Assembly: GCA_963693365.1 (NCBI GenBank)
Contig: CAVNZM010000001.1
Location: forward strand, 3,488,907 to 3,552,906
Origin: Amoebidium appalachense
Taxonomy: Eukaryota; Protista; Ichthyosporea
DNA: 64,000 nucleotides
Reading direction: 5' to 3'
The stretch's first letter is position 1. Every line of letters begins with the position of its first letter. Under the pieces are notes generated by a model. It searched no databases and had not been told where the DNA came from. It saw only the letters and a program-made list of their open reading frames with translations. Shown here piece by piece: positions 17,324-32,635 of this stretch. Both the position numbers and the translations under genes were made by a program.

Positions 17324-17420
17324 GCACACACACACACGTCTGCACGCAGGCAAAAAAATATGTGAGCGCGCCACACGCACACACGCACACAAACACACAT
17401 GCACCGCGGCGCTCGCCGTG

Positions 17421-17489
<69 letters not shown>

Positions 17490-17512
17490 ACACGTACACA
17501 CACATACACAGT

Positions 17513-17625
<113 letters not shown>

Positions 17626-17715
17626 AGTATACACACACATGCGCGCGCACACACACAGACACACACAGACAGACACACACACAAAAGCTGATACCGGGTG
17701 TTCCAGGGGGAACCC

Positions 17716-17717
<2 letters not shown>

Positions 17718-17751
<34 letters not shown>

Positions 17752-17752
17752 T
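17718..17752. repeat. (AAT)n microsatellite
   Basis: Tandem TAA/AAT units seen directly. Confidence 0.9.
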
Positions 17753-19002
17753 TAATATTAATAAGGGGGGGGGGGGGGGGGGGGGGGGGGGCAGCTAAAT
17801 GATTTTCTTTTTAGCTTATTATGGCGCTTCGTAGAATAGAAAACCCTGATGATACATTCTAATCATGTCCCGACATCCATATATGTACCTGATATGATAT
17901 ATCGCTGTGGGGATATACCAAGCAAGAACACATCTATACCTGAGACTGGTCTCTCTTGTGCCTCGAGTAAACAGCGTTAACGTTAACCCCTCCCGCGATA
18001 GGCCTGATATCACATATGCCTGGGCTTTCATTCACTTGAATTTCAAATGCGTAATTATGCCATCCACTTAACAGTGTGTTACAATTAAGCAGACCTAGCC
18101 AGGACAAACTTTCTTTAGTTCATTCGTCCCCTATGTTTGTGCTGTTTGTTGTTAGATGGTTTAACTTCACCACGTATGTATGTAGTAGTAGCCTGCAGTG
18201 TCATTGTGATTTTAAGGTGCAGCCGTGGCCGCAGTACTACGGCGCCGGCGCCACTGTCTTGACTGGACCACAGTCCTGAAGCTGCAGCATGCATGCGTAT
18301 GCATGCAGAGAACAGTCAACTCCTAGCCAGACTATAATGGTGCCAAACTTGCTGCTGGGCACTGCTGGGCTTTTACGCGTTCATAATCAATCGGTTCGAC
18401 GCCTCGGCGCCAGACTCGGCGCCGGCAACCCGGGCCCGACTGACTGTAGCCGATGTGTTGTTTTTTCCGGAATCAACCGTCAGTCTGGTTGCCATCGGAT
18501 TCGCAGAGCTTGGGACTCTGAGAGCTGGCTAGCAAAAGGTATTGGTTTTGGTTTCTTATATTGTAAAAAACCTGGCATTGTTTGCATAAAATACGAACAT
18601 ACTCGATGGAATATTGTTACAAGCGCTATGTAGCTATATGAATAGCTCACCCACGGCTTCAAGGCAGGTAGGCTAGATCGATCTAGAGAATGTCCTAAAA
18701 TAGATTAGATCGCACATAACGATTGGATCGTTGGTTCCGAGACCGCATTCCTTGCGATCACTTGTCTATTTCATGCTCACAACAGAATATTCCAAAGAAT
18801 TTGATTCGCTGCCAAGTTGGCCTTGATCAGGTATATAAACAAGTTCGAACTTCGGAAGGTGCAATCAAGTCAGTCAGTCGACAACCATCAGCTACAGGGA
18901 ACAAAAACAACAGCAACAGCTGAAACAGAGCGAATCTCCTTCAAAACAGCGCGCACATACATACATACTGCTGCTTTTTTAACTTGTACCCACACATACA
19001 AA

Positions 19003-19587
19003 ATGGCACGCACAGTTTTTGCAACCACCGCCCTTGCCGCCCTCACCAGCACAGTTACATGTGCCCCCTTGCACACACGTGGCATCAGTGTGGTCTTCCA
19101 GCTCCTTGACCCATACCCCACCTTTGGCCAGGTGTATAACTGTGACACCACAAACACCCAGGGTGCAGGCGTGCAGTGCTTCGGTTACTACACAAACTTG
19201 CGCATATTCTCCTCGGGCCTGGACTGCCAAATCCTCACCAAGAAGCCATGCGTCACAATCGGTGGCACAAACACCGCGTTTGAAAACTGGTGGCAGGACA
19301 CAGAAGACGAAAACGTGGTTCCTACAACAGGCCCTATGGGGGATATTGACCACCCCACCTTCACCCTTATAGGTTATCAAAACACAGATCCCGCATCATG
19401 CTACTTCTCGTGTGCTCTGACCACTGACAACTCAGAGTCGTGGAAATGTGTGTCGGATGCATGCGAGCTGACGCGCTACTCGACAATGGATGCATGCCAG
19501 GCAGAGAATCCGGGCATGAAATGCATCACCGACGTGACCGACACGTTCATCAACTGGTATATGGTCGACCCGCAGCCCGAGGAGTAG
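19003..19587 (+). CDS. Intronless secreted cysteine-rich protein (194 aa) with two internal repeat domains
   Basis: First in-frame ATG is at 19003 (context CAAAATGG). It is followed by a signal-peptide-like MARTVFATTALAALTSTVTCAP and multiple Cys. TATATAAA lies upstream at 18832. Confidence 0.75.
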   Translation: MARTVFATTALAALTSTVTCAPLHTRGISVVFQLLDPYPTFGQVYNCDTTNTQGAGVQCFGYYTNLRIFSSGLDCQILTKKPCVTIGGTNTAFENWWQDTEDENVVPTTGPMGDIDHPTFTLIGYQNTDPASCYFSCALTTDNSESWKCVSDACELTRYSTMDACQAENPGMKCITDVTDTFINWYMVDPQPEE

Positions 19588-20537
19588 CAGCGGATTTGGT
19601 CAGCTATAGCTAAATCTAATAAGGCATGTAGCTGCAGCGCCCAGCAGAGTTCCTAAGGCTTTGCATGCATGATATGAGCAACTCATCGGATTCACTTGTC
19701 TTGTATTACGCGGGTAATACTTATGTGAGTGGGCCCGGTTGTGGGTTGGAGATGTATAGTGTTTCTCTGTGGGGCCCGTACCAGCCAAACACGAAGGTGC
19801 TTGACAAGAATTATTTATAAATAAAGATGATAACGTGACCACATACCCCATATGTAGCTCAGCGTGAAACAAACAAGTACAAAAAAAAAAATTGGTGCTC
19901 GATCGTGACGTACTGACTCGCTTTGAAAATCAAAACTCACCGGCCGGCAACCCAAACAAGTTTGCCCCAAATGTAGAGAGGCATTGTGACACTGGATTCC
20001 AAGTCTGGAGGGCTTAACAACGTCAGAAAAATCTTGTAACCTGGGGTTGCTAAGCAGAATTATTCAGTAAACCGCTCAATATTGATGGTTATCCAGTATA
20101 ATTTAAAGTATGTAAGAATAGGTTCGAAGTCTTCAGAGAGTGAGTTCAGAAAAACTTGAGACAAATATCTAGCAAGCAAAAAGTAGTGTTCACGAAAAGC
20201 GCAACTATAAAGGCAGAATCGTTGTACCAAAGCAGAATGGTTTTACGCAAACTGACTAAGAATGCTTGAAGTTGTTGCACAAGCGGATTCCGAATTGTTC
20301 GTGCACACGCAGATCGGCGAAGCGAATTACTCTACCAACGACCCAACCACACCAGCAGAACAAACTTGCCTCAAGCGATTTATTCAGCTAAAAAAAAACA
20401 GATCGAGAGTATTAACTGCAGAAAGCAGAAATGTTCAGAAGCAGAATTTTTCTGAATCACTAAAGAAAAAAAAGCAGAACCACTCAGCGAAAAACAGAAT
20501 TAATAACGCACAAAAGGCATTAATTGAGTGCAGATTT

Positions 20538-20579
<42 letters not shown>

Positions 20580-22401
20580 AAAAGAGTATAGTTATATGTA
20601 GGCAACAAAAGAGCATTCAGCAAAAATTGGGATTATTCTGTGCCGAGCTTTAACGAAAGAAATCGATGAAGGGACTCAGATCACCGCCACCCAAAAATGA
20701 AATAAGGAGGAAAGAACCACCAACATAAAGAATTGGATGGCCGCTGCTGCAGAAAGTCTGAAATCGGAAGCCAAATAAACCTTGCTCACTGCTCCAACAA
20801 CATATTAATGACCTAAATTGCTAAAATTCCAAAATCGACAATTTACCATTTTCTGGATTTAGGATTTTTATTTTTTCCTTATATTCTGACGGAAGCTTGG
20901 AATAAGAGAAGAGAAGAGAAGAGAGGAGATATCGTGCCTGCATGGCCCAGAAGCTACAATCAGTGTGACATCATAGGGAATAGTCAAGTCAAATCGTACC
21001 AAGCAAAATTCACCAATTTTAATTACTCTAAGCAGAGTAGTCTCAATTTGAAGAATTAAATCTCTTGATGATTGCGTGAGCTGTATGCGATGAAAGTCGT
21101 TCGTACGGTTCTTAGGAGTCGATCTTGATGTAAATCAAATGAACTTCAGTAACAGACTGATTAAAGCTAAGAGTCCATATCGCAGCCTATTTATTAGGTT
21201 TGCCACCTCAAATATCGGGCGATATATGACGTAAAGGACCGGCTCACCCACGTTATGAGGAGTGGAACGCTCTAGCTGAAACACGTTCTAAAGAGAAACA
21301 GCTTAAGTTAGTTGCTGATGAGTTGAAGAAAGCAGAGGAAGAGATAGCTAGAGTAGATAGCTAGCGCGTCAACAAGCGTATACGGATTACATTAGACATT
21401 ATGAGGTTTTTGAGTCCTCAATGAATCCTCATTCTAAGCTTGAATGTTCTTTGTATTGGTCTCGAAGCTGGCTTCCCTTACATGGACAAGGAATGAGCAC
21501 CACATTACGTTGACAATGTATTGCCGTGTTCCCCCCCCCCTCCCCCCCCCCCCCCCCCCCCCCCCCACACACACACCGTCCATGGCACACACACAAACAC
21601 ACACACACACATGCACATGCACATGCACATGCACGCACGCACGCACCCACGCACGCAAGCACGCAAGCACGCATGCACGCACGCACACACGCACGCACGC
21701 ACGCACGCACGCACGCACGGTGTGCACACATGCACACACAAACACGCACACACGCGCGCAAGTGTACGCACACACGCACGCATGCACGCACGCACACCAG
21801 CATGGCACACGCACGCGCGCACACATGCACACACGAGCATGCGCGCATGCACACACCGTGACATACACAGTGCATCATGCGGCACGCCCGTGTGCAACAC
21901 GCACGCACACCAGGGCACACCCGCATATGCATACACCCTATGATGTTGCCCTGCATTTGCAGAAATCGGGCATCCAGCCGTGCCTGTGCGAGTTTTTGTG
22001 TTACGGGTGGGTCCTACATGCACACTATGACGTGTGCCAACGACTGCGATCTCAGATAGTTGGCTGGGGACCTGTTGAGAGGGTGAATGTAGGTCTATCA
22101 TATGACCGGTGGGCAGTGTAAGAGAAGACCACAAGCGAATGAGCTTTCTTTCTTTCAAAGTTTCTTTCTTTCTTATTTTTTTTCCCCGGGAAGGGGGGGG
22201 GGGGGGGGGGGGGGGGGGGGAGGGGGAAGACCGAGAGGAGAAAACATGCTAGTCTAAAGGGGGCCGTGATCGGAGTATCGTAGCTCTGTATCCACACAAT
22301 TGTTATGGTCGCACACTGTCAGCCACCAAGTTGAACACCGTCCACCTAATACTAGCATGTCCAAAACCACAGTATATAAAATGCGGTTGTCGTAGTGACC
22401 G

Positions 22402-22435
<34 letters not shown>

Positions 22436-23266
22436 GGATGGGGCAACTATATAGCATTGGATTGAAGAATTGATCTGCTGATCATGACTCATTTGTGTTT
22501 GGAATGCAACAAGGAAGAAAGGAGTGGAGGTATGCGGCAAAGAAACGACAGGATTATTCAGGACATATTTGCACCATTTTTTATTTACTCATCATCATAA
22601 ACGTTTAACGGACCCATCTGCCCAAGTCAAGTTGTAAATGACGCTAAATCTACTACATACTGCACTAGAAATGAGGCACTCTGAGTCACTATCAACCTTA
22701 TACTACGTCTACACAAATATCTTATAGACATATATTCTACATTTATCTATCTTGCGGGAAGGCAACATTTTACCCGCTATGTTTACCAACATGAAATGGC
22801 ATAAATCCTAACTCTAAACTATCCTGCACTGCTCCAAAACAAGCAGTCCCTATTAAGACTAGATGCTATACTAGAAATACACGCACACACGGACCCTCAC
22901 ATACGCTAACCAACCCACCATCAAATTAATTCCACCCACTCAATTGCAACAACACAAAACCCAAAAACTAAAAAAAAAAGAGGGGGGGGGGGGGGGGGGG
23001 GGGGGAGTGGAGAGGAGATATGTGGAAAAGAAAAAACACTGCTACATGCCTGTTCTAAGTAATCCTGCTCCTCCACACACGCACCTAGAACACTCCCACA
23101 GCCCCATTACACACATGAAACAATCACACCATGGCCCGCCAGCAACCTTCTCCTCTCCCCTCCCAAAAAACAAAAAGAAAGAAAGAAAACAAAGATAACA
23201 CTACACCCTACCACGTCAATCCACCTGCTCGTGGCACACACCACCTTCTACTCTCCATATGCATCT

Positions 23267-24005
23267 TCACTTAGCACTATAGCTGCATGACATGAGGCAG
23301 GCAAACACCGTCATCACCATCTTCTGATTGACCTCCACCAGATCTTCGGGGAGTGCATAAACATTGGCGCCAATCTTCCGTGCCATGGACACGGCGTACT
23401 TTGCGTTGCTCATTTTGTCCTTTTCACTGTTTGCACCGCGCACCACAAGGCTGTAGTCGACACTGTTGGGCTTAATGGCGTCGACGAGGTCGAGCACTGG
23501 CATGCTGTCGGAAATCGACGAATCTGATTGGTTGATCGGGATAAAATGTGCACGTGTTAGGATTTGGTTAAAATGAAGCAACGCGTGGTGTCATGCCCAG
23601 CAGCCTGCTAGTGAATGTGTGTTCATTATTATTAAGAACAAGATATACTCTTTTTAGACCGTTCACAACTTCACAACACCTCCTTTTCATCCTCCTTGTT
23701 GTACATTTAAGAGAGTGTGCGCGCCTGCACGTGCGCAAACACGTGCTTGTGTGTGACTGTGCGTGCATTGGGGGGTGCTGGGGGAGGTAGGGGGCTGGCT
23801 GGCCTACCCTTGAACGAGCTGATACTTGTGGTCTTGCCTGCATCCTTGAGCTTAGTGTTGACCCAGCTGATGACGTCATTGTCACTGATCGGCTTGTCGT
23901 TGCCAGACAGCCGCTTGAGCACCTGTGTGCGTGTGTGTTTGGGTTGTTAAAGGATCGTCAATGGCCTGTGGATACACACACACACACACGCTCAATTAAG
24001 CCTGC

Positions 24006-24047
<42 letters not shown>

Positions 24048-24717
24048 GGGAAGCCAACAGCACTCTCCCATACACCACCAACCAATCACACCGACACCCA
24101 ACAACATACGCACACACAGACCACCCATCACAATCTGTCAACAAAGCCCCCCCCCCCCCCCCCCCCCCCCGGCACCCACCCTCTCCCAAACACCTCTATT
24201 CCAACCCCCCCCCCCCCCTTTCCCCCTAGCACACACACAAGCCTTCACTACATAACCATAACCCCCCCCCCCCCCCCCCCCCCCACCACCACCACCAAAC
24301 ACCCACCCACCCACCCACCCACACCCACCTCAAGTGTGTAGGCACGCATGAGCTGCCAGACCACAGCCAGGGTGAGTGTCTTGTTTCCATCGTAGACGTC
24401 CTTGCCATCAATGCCCACCAGACTGAACTTGTGCTTGCGGCCCAGGTCCATTGCATAGCTGCAGTTTTCGATCTTGCGCATCGTGGCCCCCATGGCCTTG
24501 AACGGCGCCTGGTTGACTCGGTTCCACTCGACCGTGCTTGGGAACACCTGGGGAGAGAGTGCGTGTGTGCGGGGGGGGGAGGCCCGGGGGGGGGGGGGGG
24601 GGGGGGGGAGGGGGGGGGGGGTATCAAATTGTGTTAGCTGGGGTGCGTCTGTGTCTGTGTCTGGTGTCTCCTTTTCTCTCTCTCTCTCTCTCCCTCTCAT
24701 CTCTCTCTCTCTCACAT

Positions 24718-24748
<31 letters not shown>

Positions 24749-25085
24749 CTGTGTCTGCGTGTGTGTGCGTGCGGCACGTGTCTAATGTGCAGGCAAGCCG
24801 GCGTATGTGTCAGAATCGGCACCAGCCCACCGGTGCAAAATCTGGCCTGCGAAGCTGTGTGTGGGCCCCCTGAAATAGGACATGTATGCATTTGTATTAG
24901 ACATTCACTGTGTTCGCATACGTGCATGCCCACATGGAATGGGTGTGAGCCATGGAAGAGCGAGTGATGTGGCAAGAGGGTGATCAGTCAAATATGAGAC
25001 AAAGAAAAAGGTTGTGTGTTTGTGTACGTGTGTATGTGTGTGTACGTGTGTACGTGTGTGTGTGTACGTGTACGTGTACGTGTAC

Positions 25086-25131
<46 letters not shown>

Positions 25132-25747
25132 CTGTGTGTGTGCAGGCATGAAGGTTATGCATGTGTATGTACATACGCTTGTATGTGTGAGTGTGTGTTT
25201 GTGTGTGTCTGTGTGCGCGCGTGCGTGTTTGTGTGTGTGTGCGCGCGCCCGTGTACATGTATGTGTGCATCCATGCACACAGCGACTTGTGCCCACACCT
25301 TATCGAACAGCTGGATCAGAACCAGCCCATCGTGCAGGTCCTGGTAAAGGTGGCTGACGTAAGGCTGCACTCCCAGACTGTTCATCCAGTTGCGGAAAGC
25401 TGTGATGTTTAAACGTGTTAGAACAACAAAGCCCTTACGTATGCTTGGTGTGTGCATGCCTTGTATGTAAATTTGGACGTTTAAGGCCAAGGGGGAAGGG
25501 ACAGAGGTGTGTGCGCGTGTCTTGGCTTGGGAAAGGGGCAGAGGAGTGGGAGGTATGAGAGGTCCTCGGGAGGAGGAGGAGGAGGGGGGGGGGGGGGGGG
25601 GGGGGGGGGGATTGGTATGTTGTCCTTCGGTTAGCTTGATCCGAAGGGACAATGGTACGACGGAGTGAACCCGTGTAATAGCCGAGATGCAAGGTCTGTG
25701 TCAAAAAATGTGACATGTGTGAATGTACACAAAAGGGGAGGGGGATA

Positions 25748-25782
<35 letters not shown>

Positions 25783-26908
25783 GCACTCTTCTCCTCGCGT
25801 GTCTCCTCGATGACCTCCTCAGGGATCTGCACATCCTCAATGGGCTCCAGACCAGGGTGGGTGTTGAACAGGTTGGCTACAAATGCAAGGTTGAGCTTGG
25901 GGTGGCCCTGGGGCAAAAAAAGAATCGTTGGTGTTCTGGTTTTTGACACGGTTGTTTCTGCTTTTGTTTTGGTATTGTTATTGTTGTTGCCAACAGTATT
26001 GCTGTATGGTGTTGTTGGTATGGTGATTCCGTTTGTGGTCGTGCTGCCACTGTTAAGAGTATTGTTGTTGGTGTGGTGTTATGTCGATGTTCATGTCGAA
26101 GTCCTATAGTAATTGTTGTGCTGCTGTTGTTATCTTGATACTTTGGTGGTGGTTGTTGGAGCCAGGTGAGGAAGTAAGGGGCAAGGCAGGATGGGGGCAA
26201 GGAGAAGGGGGAAGGGGGGAGGGGAAGAGAAAGAGAGAGAGTGTGTGTGCGTGTGTGCGTGTGTGTGTGTGCGCGCACGCATACGCACGTGTGCATGCAT
26301 GCATGTGCACATGTTTTTCTTTCCTCATTTTTCCATGGGTTGTGTGTTTAATTTTCTTAGGGACGGGAGGGGACAACACACGTTGACGACGTCTGTAGGC
26401 TTGACAAAGCGTCTGCAGTCCAACTTGTCAGCATTCTGCAGCATCAGCTCCGCACGCTTGAGCTCATCCTTCTCACGCAGAGGTGAGTCCGTGATCCCAA
26501 GGTGCCGGGGTGCAATCTGATTGGGGCATCGCAGTGAGTATAGTCATATATGGCTATAATTTTGTGATATTAGATCCCCTGGAAAAAAAAATACTACACC
26601 ACATACGCTTTCTCTTACTGCTCGTTTCCTCCCCCCCCCCCCTTCCTCCTCCTCCCGCACCCCACCCACCCACCCACACATGCAAATGCAAACGCACTCA
26701 CCAATTGACTTCTCCGATGCCATCTTAAATTATACATGAACATAAATTTACATTATCATCGTCACTATTTCATTCATCGTGGTTGATGTTAATACCTGCT
26801 TGAGCAGAACAGTGTAGTTCTCTGAGTCCTTGATGTCACCAGTGAAGTTGTTCACCCGGCGGGGATGCCCGGCCTGGGCAAGGTGGTAGTTGAACCAGCG
26901 CAGCAGGA

Positions 26909-26995
<87 letters not shown>

Positions 26996-28033
26996 ATGTG
27001 CGTGTGTGCTCACGCGCCCGCACGTGTGGGTGTGTGTGCATGTGTCTTTGCGTGTAACATGTGCAAGTGAAGGTGTTAGCACACAGAGGCTTTAACAAGT
27101 GAAACCATGGGATTGCGGCGATCGGTCTCCGGGCCAAATTCATATGAAAAACAGGATTACATCGAGTGCAAAAAGGTACACCAATTATGCGCTAGAGCTA
27201 TAATTTTTGCATGGTAATTATGCAAATAGTGTTTTCTTTGAACGTTCAGTATAGATAAATTATAACTCAATTGGTTCAGCGTCAGCGACCGAAAAACCAA
27301 CTGCACCAAATCTGGTACGTTTTGTTACTAAAAATAGCACCAAAACGTACCAAATTTGGTGCAGTTGGTTTTTCGGTCGCTGACGCTGAACCGATTGAGT
27401 TATAATTTTTCTGTACTGAACGTTTGAAGAAAACACTATTTACATAATTATCATGCAAAAATTATAGCTCTAACGCATAGTTGGTGTACCTTTTTGCTCT
27501 CGATGTAACCCTGTTTTTCATATGAATTTGGCCCGGAGACCGATCGCCGCAATTCCATGGTTCCAGCTACCTTAAGAGGTTCTTTTATGGAGGGAGGGAA
27601 ATGACTATACCCTCCCTGCATAAAACAACCCCCTTACTCCAGCGACACTGCCATTACTCACACGCATGCGTGCACCTATTCACACACACACATGCCCACA
27701 TGTTTTTACACAAACCTCCCTACACTCATGCCCCCACTCGCAACCACAAGGAAAATGCAAGTACATCACATACCCGCACACACCTGCCCATCAACTTCGA
27801 CCACACAGCCACATCCTTTGCCCCCCTCCCCCCTCCCCCCTCCCCAAATCAACCCGTCAGCCATCCCCCCTATAGTGACCCACATCGACACACACACCCA
27901 CGCCCACACACAATCCATTCGATCCCCCCCCCCCCCCCCCCCCCCCCCCCCTCAAATTCACACACACACACACCCACACCCCACCAAAACCCATCCACCC
28001 ACCCACCGACACCTACACCTACACACCACCATC

Positions 28034-28069
<36 letters not shown>

Positions 28070-28815
28070 ACACCCACACCCACCCACCCACCTGCTCAGC
28101 AGGCAGTGCCATAAGCTGTTCGATGGTTTCACCCTCCTCCAAAAGACGGGCAAGGCCGGGGCAGAACTTAAGGTTGACCTTGGCAAGCAGCCCAATCTGA
28201 TTGGGCACATTCATGAGTCATGAAGGGAGTTATGATCTATCATTAAGGAATAAACGAGTCGTTGAAATCTTGAGCAACCCATCCTACTGTTTGGTCAACA
28301 AGAACTCCCTAGTTCATTCGCCTCTGCTCCTCTTCCCTCACAGGCTCATCCCAACACACACAGTACTGATTGCTAGGGAACACACAAGGCAAACATATTA
28401 GGCACCAGCCAGCCCCCTTACACATTCTCAAGAATGCACGTAGAAGACAGAGCGAGTATGCAGAGCATACGAGGAAGACAAAGAATACGCCGAGAATACA
28501 TACGCGAATAATCTGCCAGATGAGGCCCAGGCAGAGGTGGGGCACACCGTCAATCAGATCCTGGGCGCCAATGTTGATGACGTTGACACCAATGGCCTTG
28601 GCTGAGTTGATCACAAGCGTCTGAGTGTGTACGTGTGTGCGTGTGTGTACGTGTGTGTGTGTGTGTGTGTGTGTGCGTGTGTGTGTACGTGTGTAAATGC
28701 GTGCGTGTGTGGGTATGTACGTGGACGTGTGTGTGTTCTGTGTGCGCCTATTTGTTCATAGGTATGTGTGCTGGTGCTTGTGTGTGAACACAGTTTTTTT
28801 TTTTGTGTGTGTGTG

Positions 28816-28850
<35 letters not shown>

Positions 28851-28940
28851 GGGGGGGGAGGAGGAAAAGAATGGGTTGGTACTTGTGGTAAGTGTTTGCG
28901 CGTGGAGGTGTAAATGTGCGTATGTGACTGTGTGTGTGTG

Positions 28941-29019
<79 letters not shown>

Positions 29020-29533
29020 ACGTGTGTGTGTATCTGTGTATGTGTCTGTGTGGACGTGCTGGCGTGTGTTTTTTTGTGTTGTGTGTTGGGCAGAGGTAAC
29101 ACTGTGCGGACAGGTGCTGTCGGGGAACAAGGAGGGCGGGGCGGGGGGGGGGGGGGGGGGGGGGGGTAGAGAGGCCGAGGGGGGAGGGGAGGGGGGGGGG
29201 GGGGGGAGGGGGGTAGGGGGAGGGGATGAAGGGGAGGGGGAAGGGGGAAGGGGAAAGGGGAGGGGTTGTCAAAAGTATTGCAAAGTAGAAAGTACACCTT
29301 CATGACGGTCAACACCATGCAAGTATGCAAGCCAAAAGAGCACAAACAGAATATACATCTGAAGTAGAGCCCCGGGAGAAGGGAGGGGAGGGGGGGGGGG
29401 GGGGGGGGGGGGGGAGATGAGGGGGAGGAAGAAGGGGGTAAAAACCAATCCAACACTGATACTAGCATTGGGTGGAAGAGGTGGTGATGATGTTATTTGG
29501 GGGAGAGGGGGGTGGGGTGGGGTGGGGTGGGGT

Positions 29534-29567
<34 letters not shown>

Positions 29568-29717
29568 GGAGAGAGAGAGAGAGAATAAGAATGAGAAAGA
29601 GAAAGAGAAAGAGAGAGAAGGAGAGAGGAATGTGGGAGGGAAAGAGGAAAGAAGAGTGGGCGGGGGAAACGGGCGCGGGGGGATGGGCGGGTAGTGGTGG
29701 TGGTGGTGGTGGTGGTC

Positions 29718-29763
<46 letters not shown>

Positions 29764-29980
29764 TGATGTATGCGTTAGAGGGTTGGAAATATGGAGGAGA
29801 CAACAGAGAGCCACAACAAAGGCAGAAGACACTTGAACAGAGCCCATCATCAGGGGGGTTCCTATGCCTCCACAAAAGCATGGGTTTCAACTCTTTAACC
29901 TCTGCCGCGTGGTTCCCAACGCATACTTTGTTTCAACAGCAATAGGGGAGTCCACCCGTCTTGGCCAAAGGCGAGCAGGG

Positions 29981-30019
<39 letters not shown>

Positions 30020-30114
30020 TTACCTGGTTCTCGTGTATGGTGTAGACGTTCAACTTTTTCTTGTTGAGGGCACGCTCATCCACAGTCTCGGGCACAGCAA
30101 TGTTGATCAGCTTG

Positions 30115-30186
<72 letters not shown>

Positions 30187-30447
30187 ACACCCGTGTATAG
30201 CACGGTATGTATGCCATAATTTGTATGTGTTTATGTGCATGAGTGTGAGTGTGTCCACGTGCTTGAATGGATTGGGGTAGGAGTGTGAGTGCATGTATAG
30301 GAATGTCCATTTGTGCATGTGCAAGTTTATGTCTGGGTACACGTGACTTTGTACATTTTTCTTTGCTGTGTTACGGCTTGGGTGCATGTTGGCTAATAAT
30401 CCTATTACAGAAGTTTGGGGGGGGGGGGGGGGGGGGGGGAGGGGGAG

Positions 30448-30512
<65 letters not shown>

Positions 30513-30649
30513 TCGGACTACGGCATGCCCAAATGATCCAAGATTCAAGCGGTTTCATCTCAACTGGCCTTCGTGCTTTCAATGTTTTCATGTAGGTGCG
30601 TATGAAGGTAGTGTGTGTGTGGTTGTGTGTGTGTGTGTGCAAGCATACA

Positions 30650-30717
<68 letters not shown>

Positions 30718-30942
30718 GTTGGGTGCGCGCCCGTACATGAAAAACGAGTGTGGAAGGTGTTACATTTCCAAGGGAAAAAAATAGATTTACTGTCGTTGCT
30801 CTACGAGTGTGCAAGAGGGTGGAATATGAGAGAAGCTACGAGTGTGAATTCAAATGTGCATAAAACCACCTCAACTTCCTATTCTGTGAAGAAAGGTGAC
30901 AGCAATTGTTGGAGAAGGCTTTTTCTTTCAAATGGTGTACGT

Positions 30943-30990
<48 letters not shown>

Positions 30991-31567
30991 GTGGGATGTC
31001 CGTGTGTGGGCATCTGCATGCATAATGGCTCGAGTGTTGGGGGATGAGAGGTTGGGGGCCGGGGATTCGAGATTGTGTGTGTGTGTTTGTGTGTATGCGC
31101 GCGCAAATGTACTGGTTGGGGGGGGGGTCCATTACGCAAGCAGCACGCCGTCATGGCAGGCATCGTACAGGCCATGGCCCTGATCAGACACAGGCACAGT
31201 CTGGGAGGATAGAAGGTCCTCATCGTGCCCAAGGGAGTAGTTGATCCTGGGGGGGGGGGTTAGATGCATTACAGAGAAATCAGTTCAAAAGGCACATGCG
31301 CATAGAAAAGGGCATGGGAGGGGGTGTGGCATTTCCCCTTTTTCGGGGGTGGCCCGGGGGGGGGGGGGGGGAGGGGGAGGGGGGGGGGGGGGGGGGGGGG
31401 GGGGGAGTAAGAGAGTAGAACTGCAGGGGGAAAGGGGGCCAGTAATTCCTTGTTTAGGAGGAAAGGGTAGGGGGAGCGCGGGGGGAGGGGGGATATGCGC
31501 TAAAACCTTTCAATGCCACCCCCCCCCCCTCCTCCCCGTTAGCCCCCCCCCCCCTCCCCCCCCCCCT

Positions 31568-31610
<43 letters not shown>

Positions 31611-32604
31611 AGTAACAGCCCTTCATCATTAAACTTGGGGGAAGGGAGGGGAAGGGGGGGGGGGGGGGGGGGGAGGGGGGGTTCATGTAAAGCCTTTCTT
31701 TTCTTTCTTTCTTTTCTTTTTTGGGGGGGGGGGGAGGGGGGGGGGGGGGGGGGGGTTTGAATGCGGAACACGGTACGAGGTACGCATACACGACGGACAC
31801 ATGCAAAGGCAAACATTCAAGTATGCAACATCAGCCATACGCACAGTATGTGTCATAAGCAGAGCCCCTCCCCGAGGGCCCAAGTCATCAATTGCGTCTG
31901 AGTTTCGACCCCTTAGCCCGCGTATAGGGAGGGGGGGGGGGGGGGGGGGGGGGAAGGGGGGTTTGTAAGATAAACACCACGGGGGGGGGGGGGGGGGGGG
32001 GGGGTTTCAAGACAGGGCAGATCAACGAGGGAGGGCATTGACCAGAGCTATTTGGGGGGGGGGGGGGGGGGAGGGGGGAGGGGGGGGGGGGGGAGGGGGG
32101 AGGGGGAGTTTGCTGCTGACGTTTCTTGAAGGCGAGGTTCAATACGATTTGCCCAGACTCACCAGTCAATGAAGCCCACTTTCTCATCGTCAGCCACCGA
32201 GTGTGTGGTGCCCTCAGCAGAGGCCTCGGAGCCAGCAAACTGGGTGACCTTGTTGGCCTGCTTGACTACTTTCTTGAACCCGGCATCCTTGGACCGCCGC
32301 ACATTGCTCACGAGCTGTGTAAAGATTTAGGTTGTTGGGACACACTATGATGCAGGATACATAAGGCCGTCAGGATATAAAGGTGTTCATTTTATAAGCC
32401 GTGTGCAAGACAGTGTGTTGTTTAATAGAATACACCCGAGATAAAGAGGGTGCATGATTGATCACACAGAATTGTTACTAAAGTACAGGTCTAGCAGCCC
32501 CCTCCCCTTCTCTCCCCCCCTCTCTCCCGCTGTACAACTCCTTCCTTCACCTCTCAATTGCGTCCCACCATGAATCTTCCCCCCCCCTCCCCCCCCTCCC
32601 CCCA

Positions 32605-32635
<31 letters not shown>

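Noticed and set aside
19900-21430. A-rich unique region with a 109-aa ORF ending in poly-K
   Set aside because: The poly-K derives from an A tract, and no domain, TIR or TSD could be identified.
29765-29856. Intronic box C/D snoRNA (TGATGA on the sense strand)
   Set aside because: There is no terminal CTGA box D, and the copies vary in internal length and completeness.
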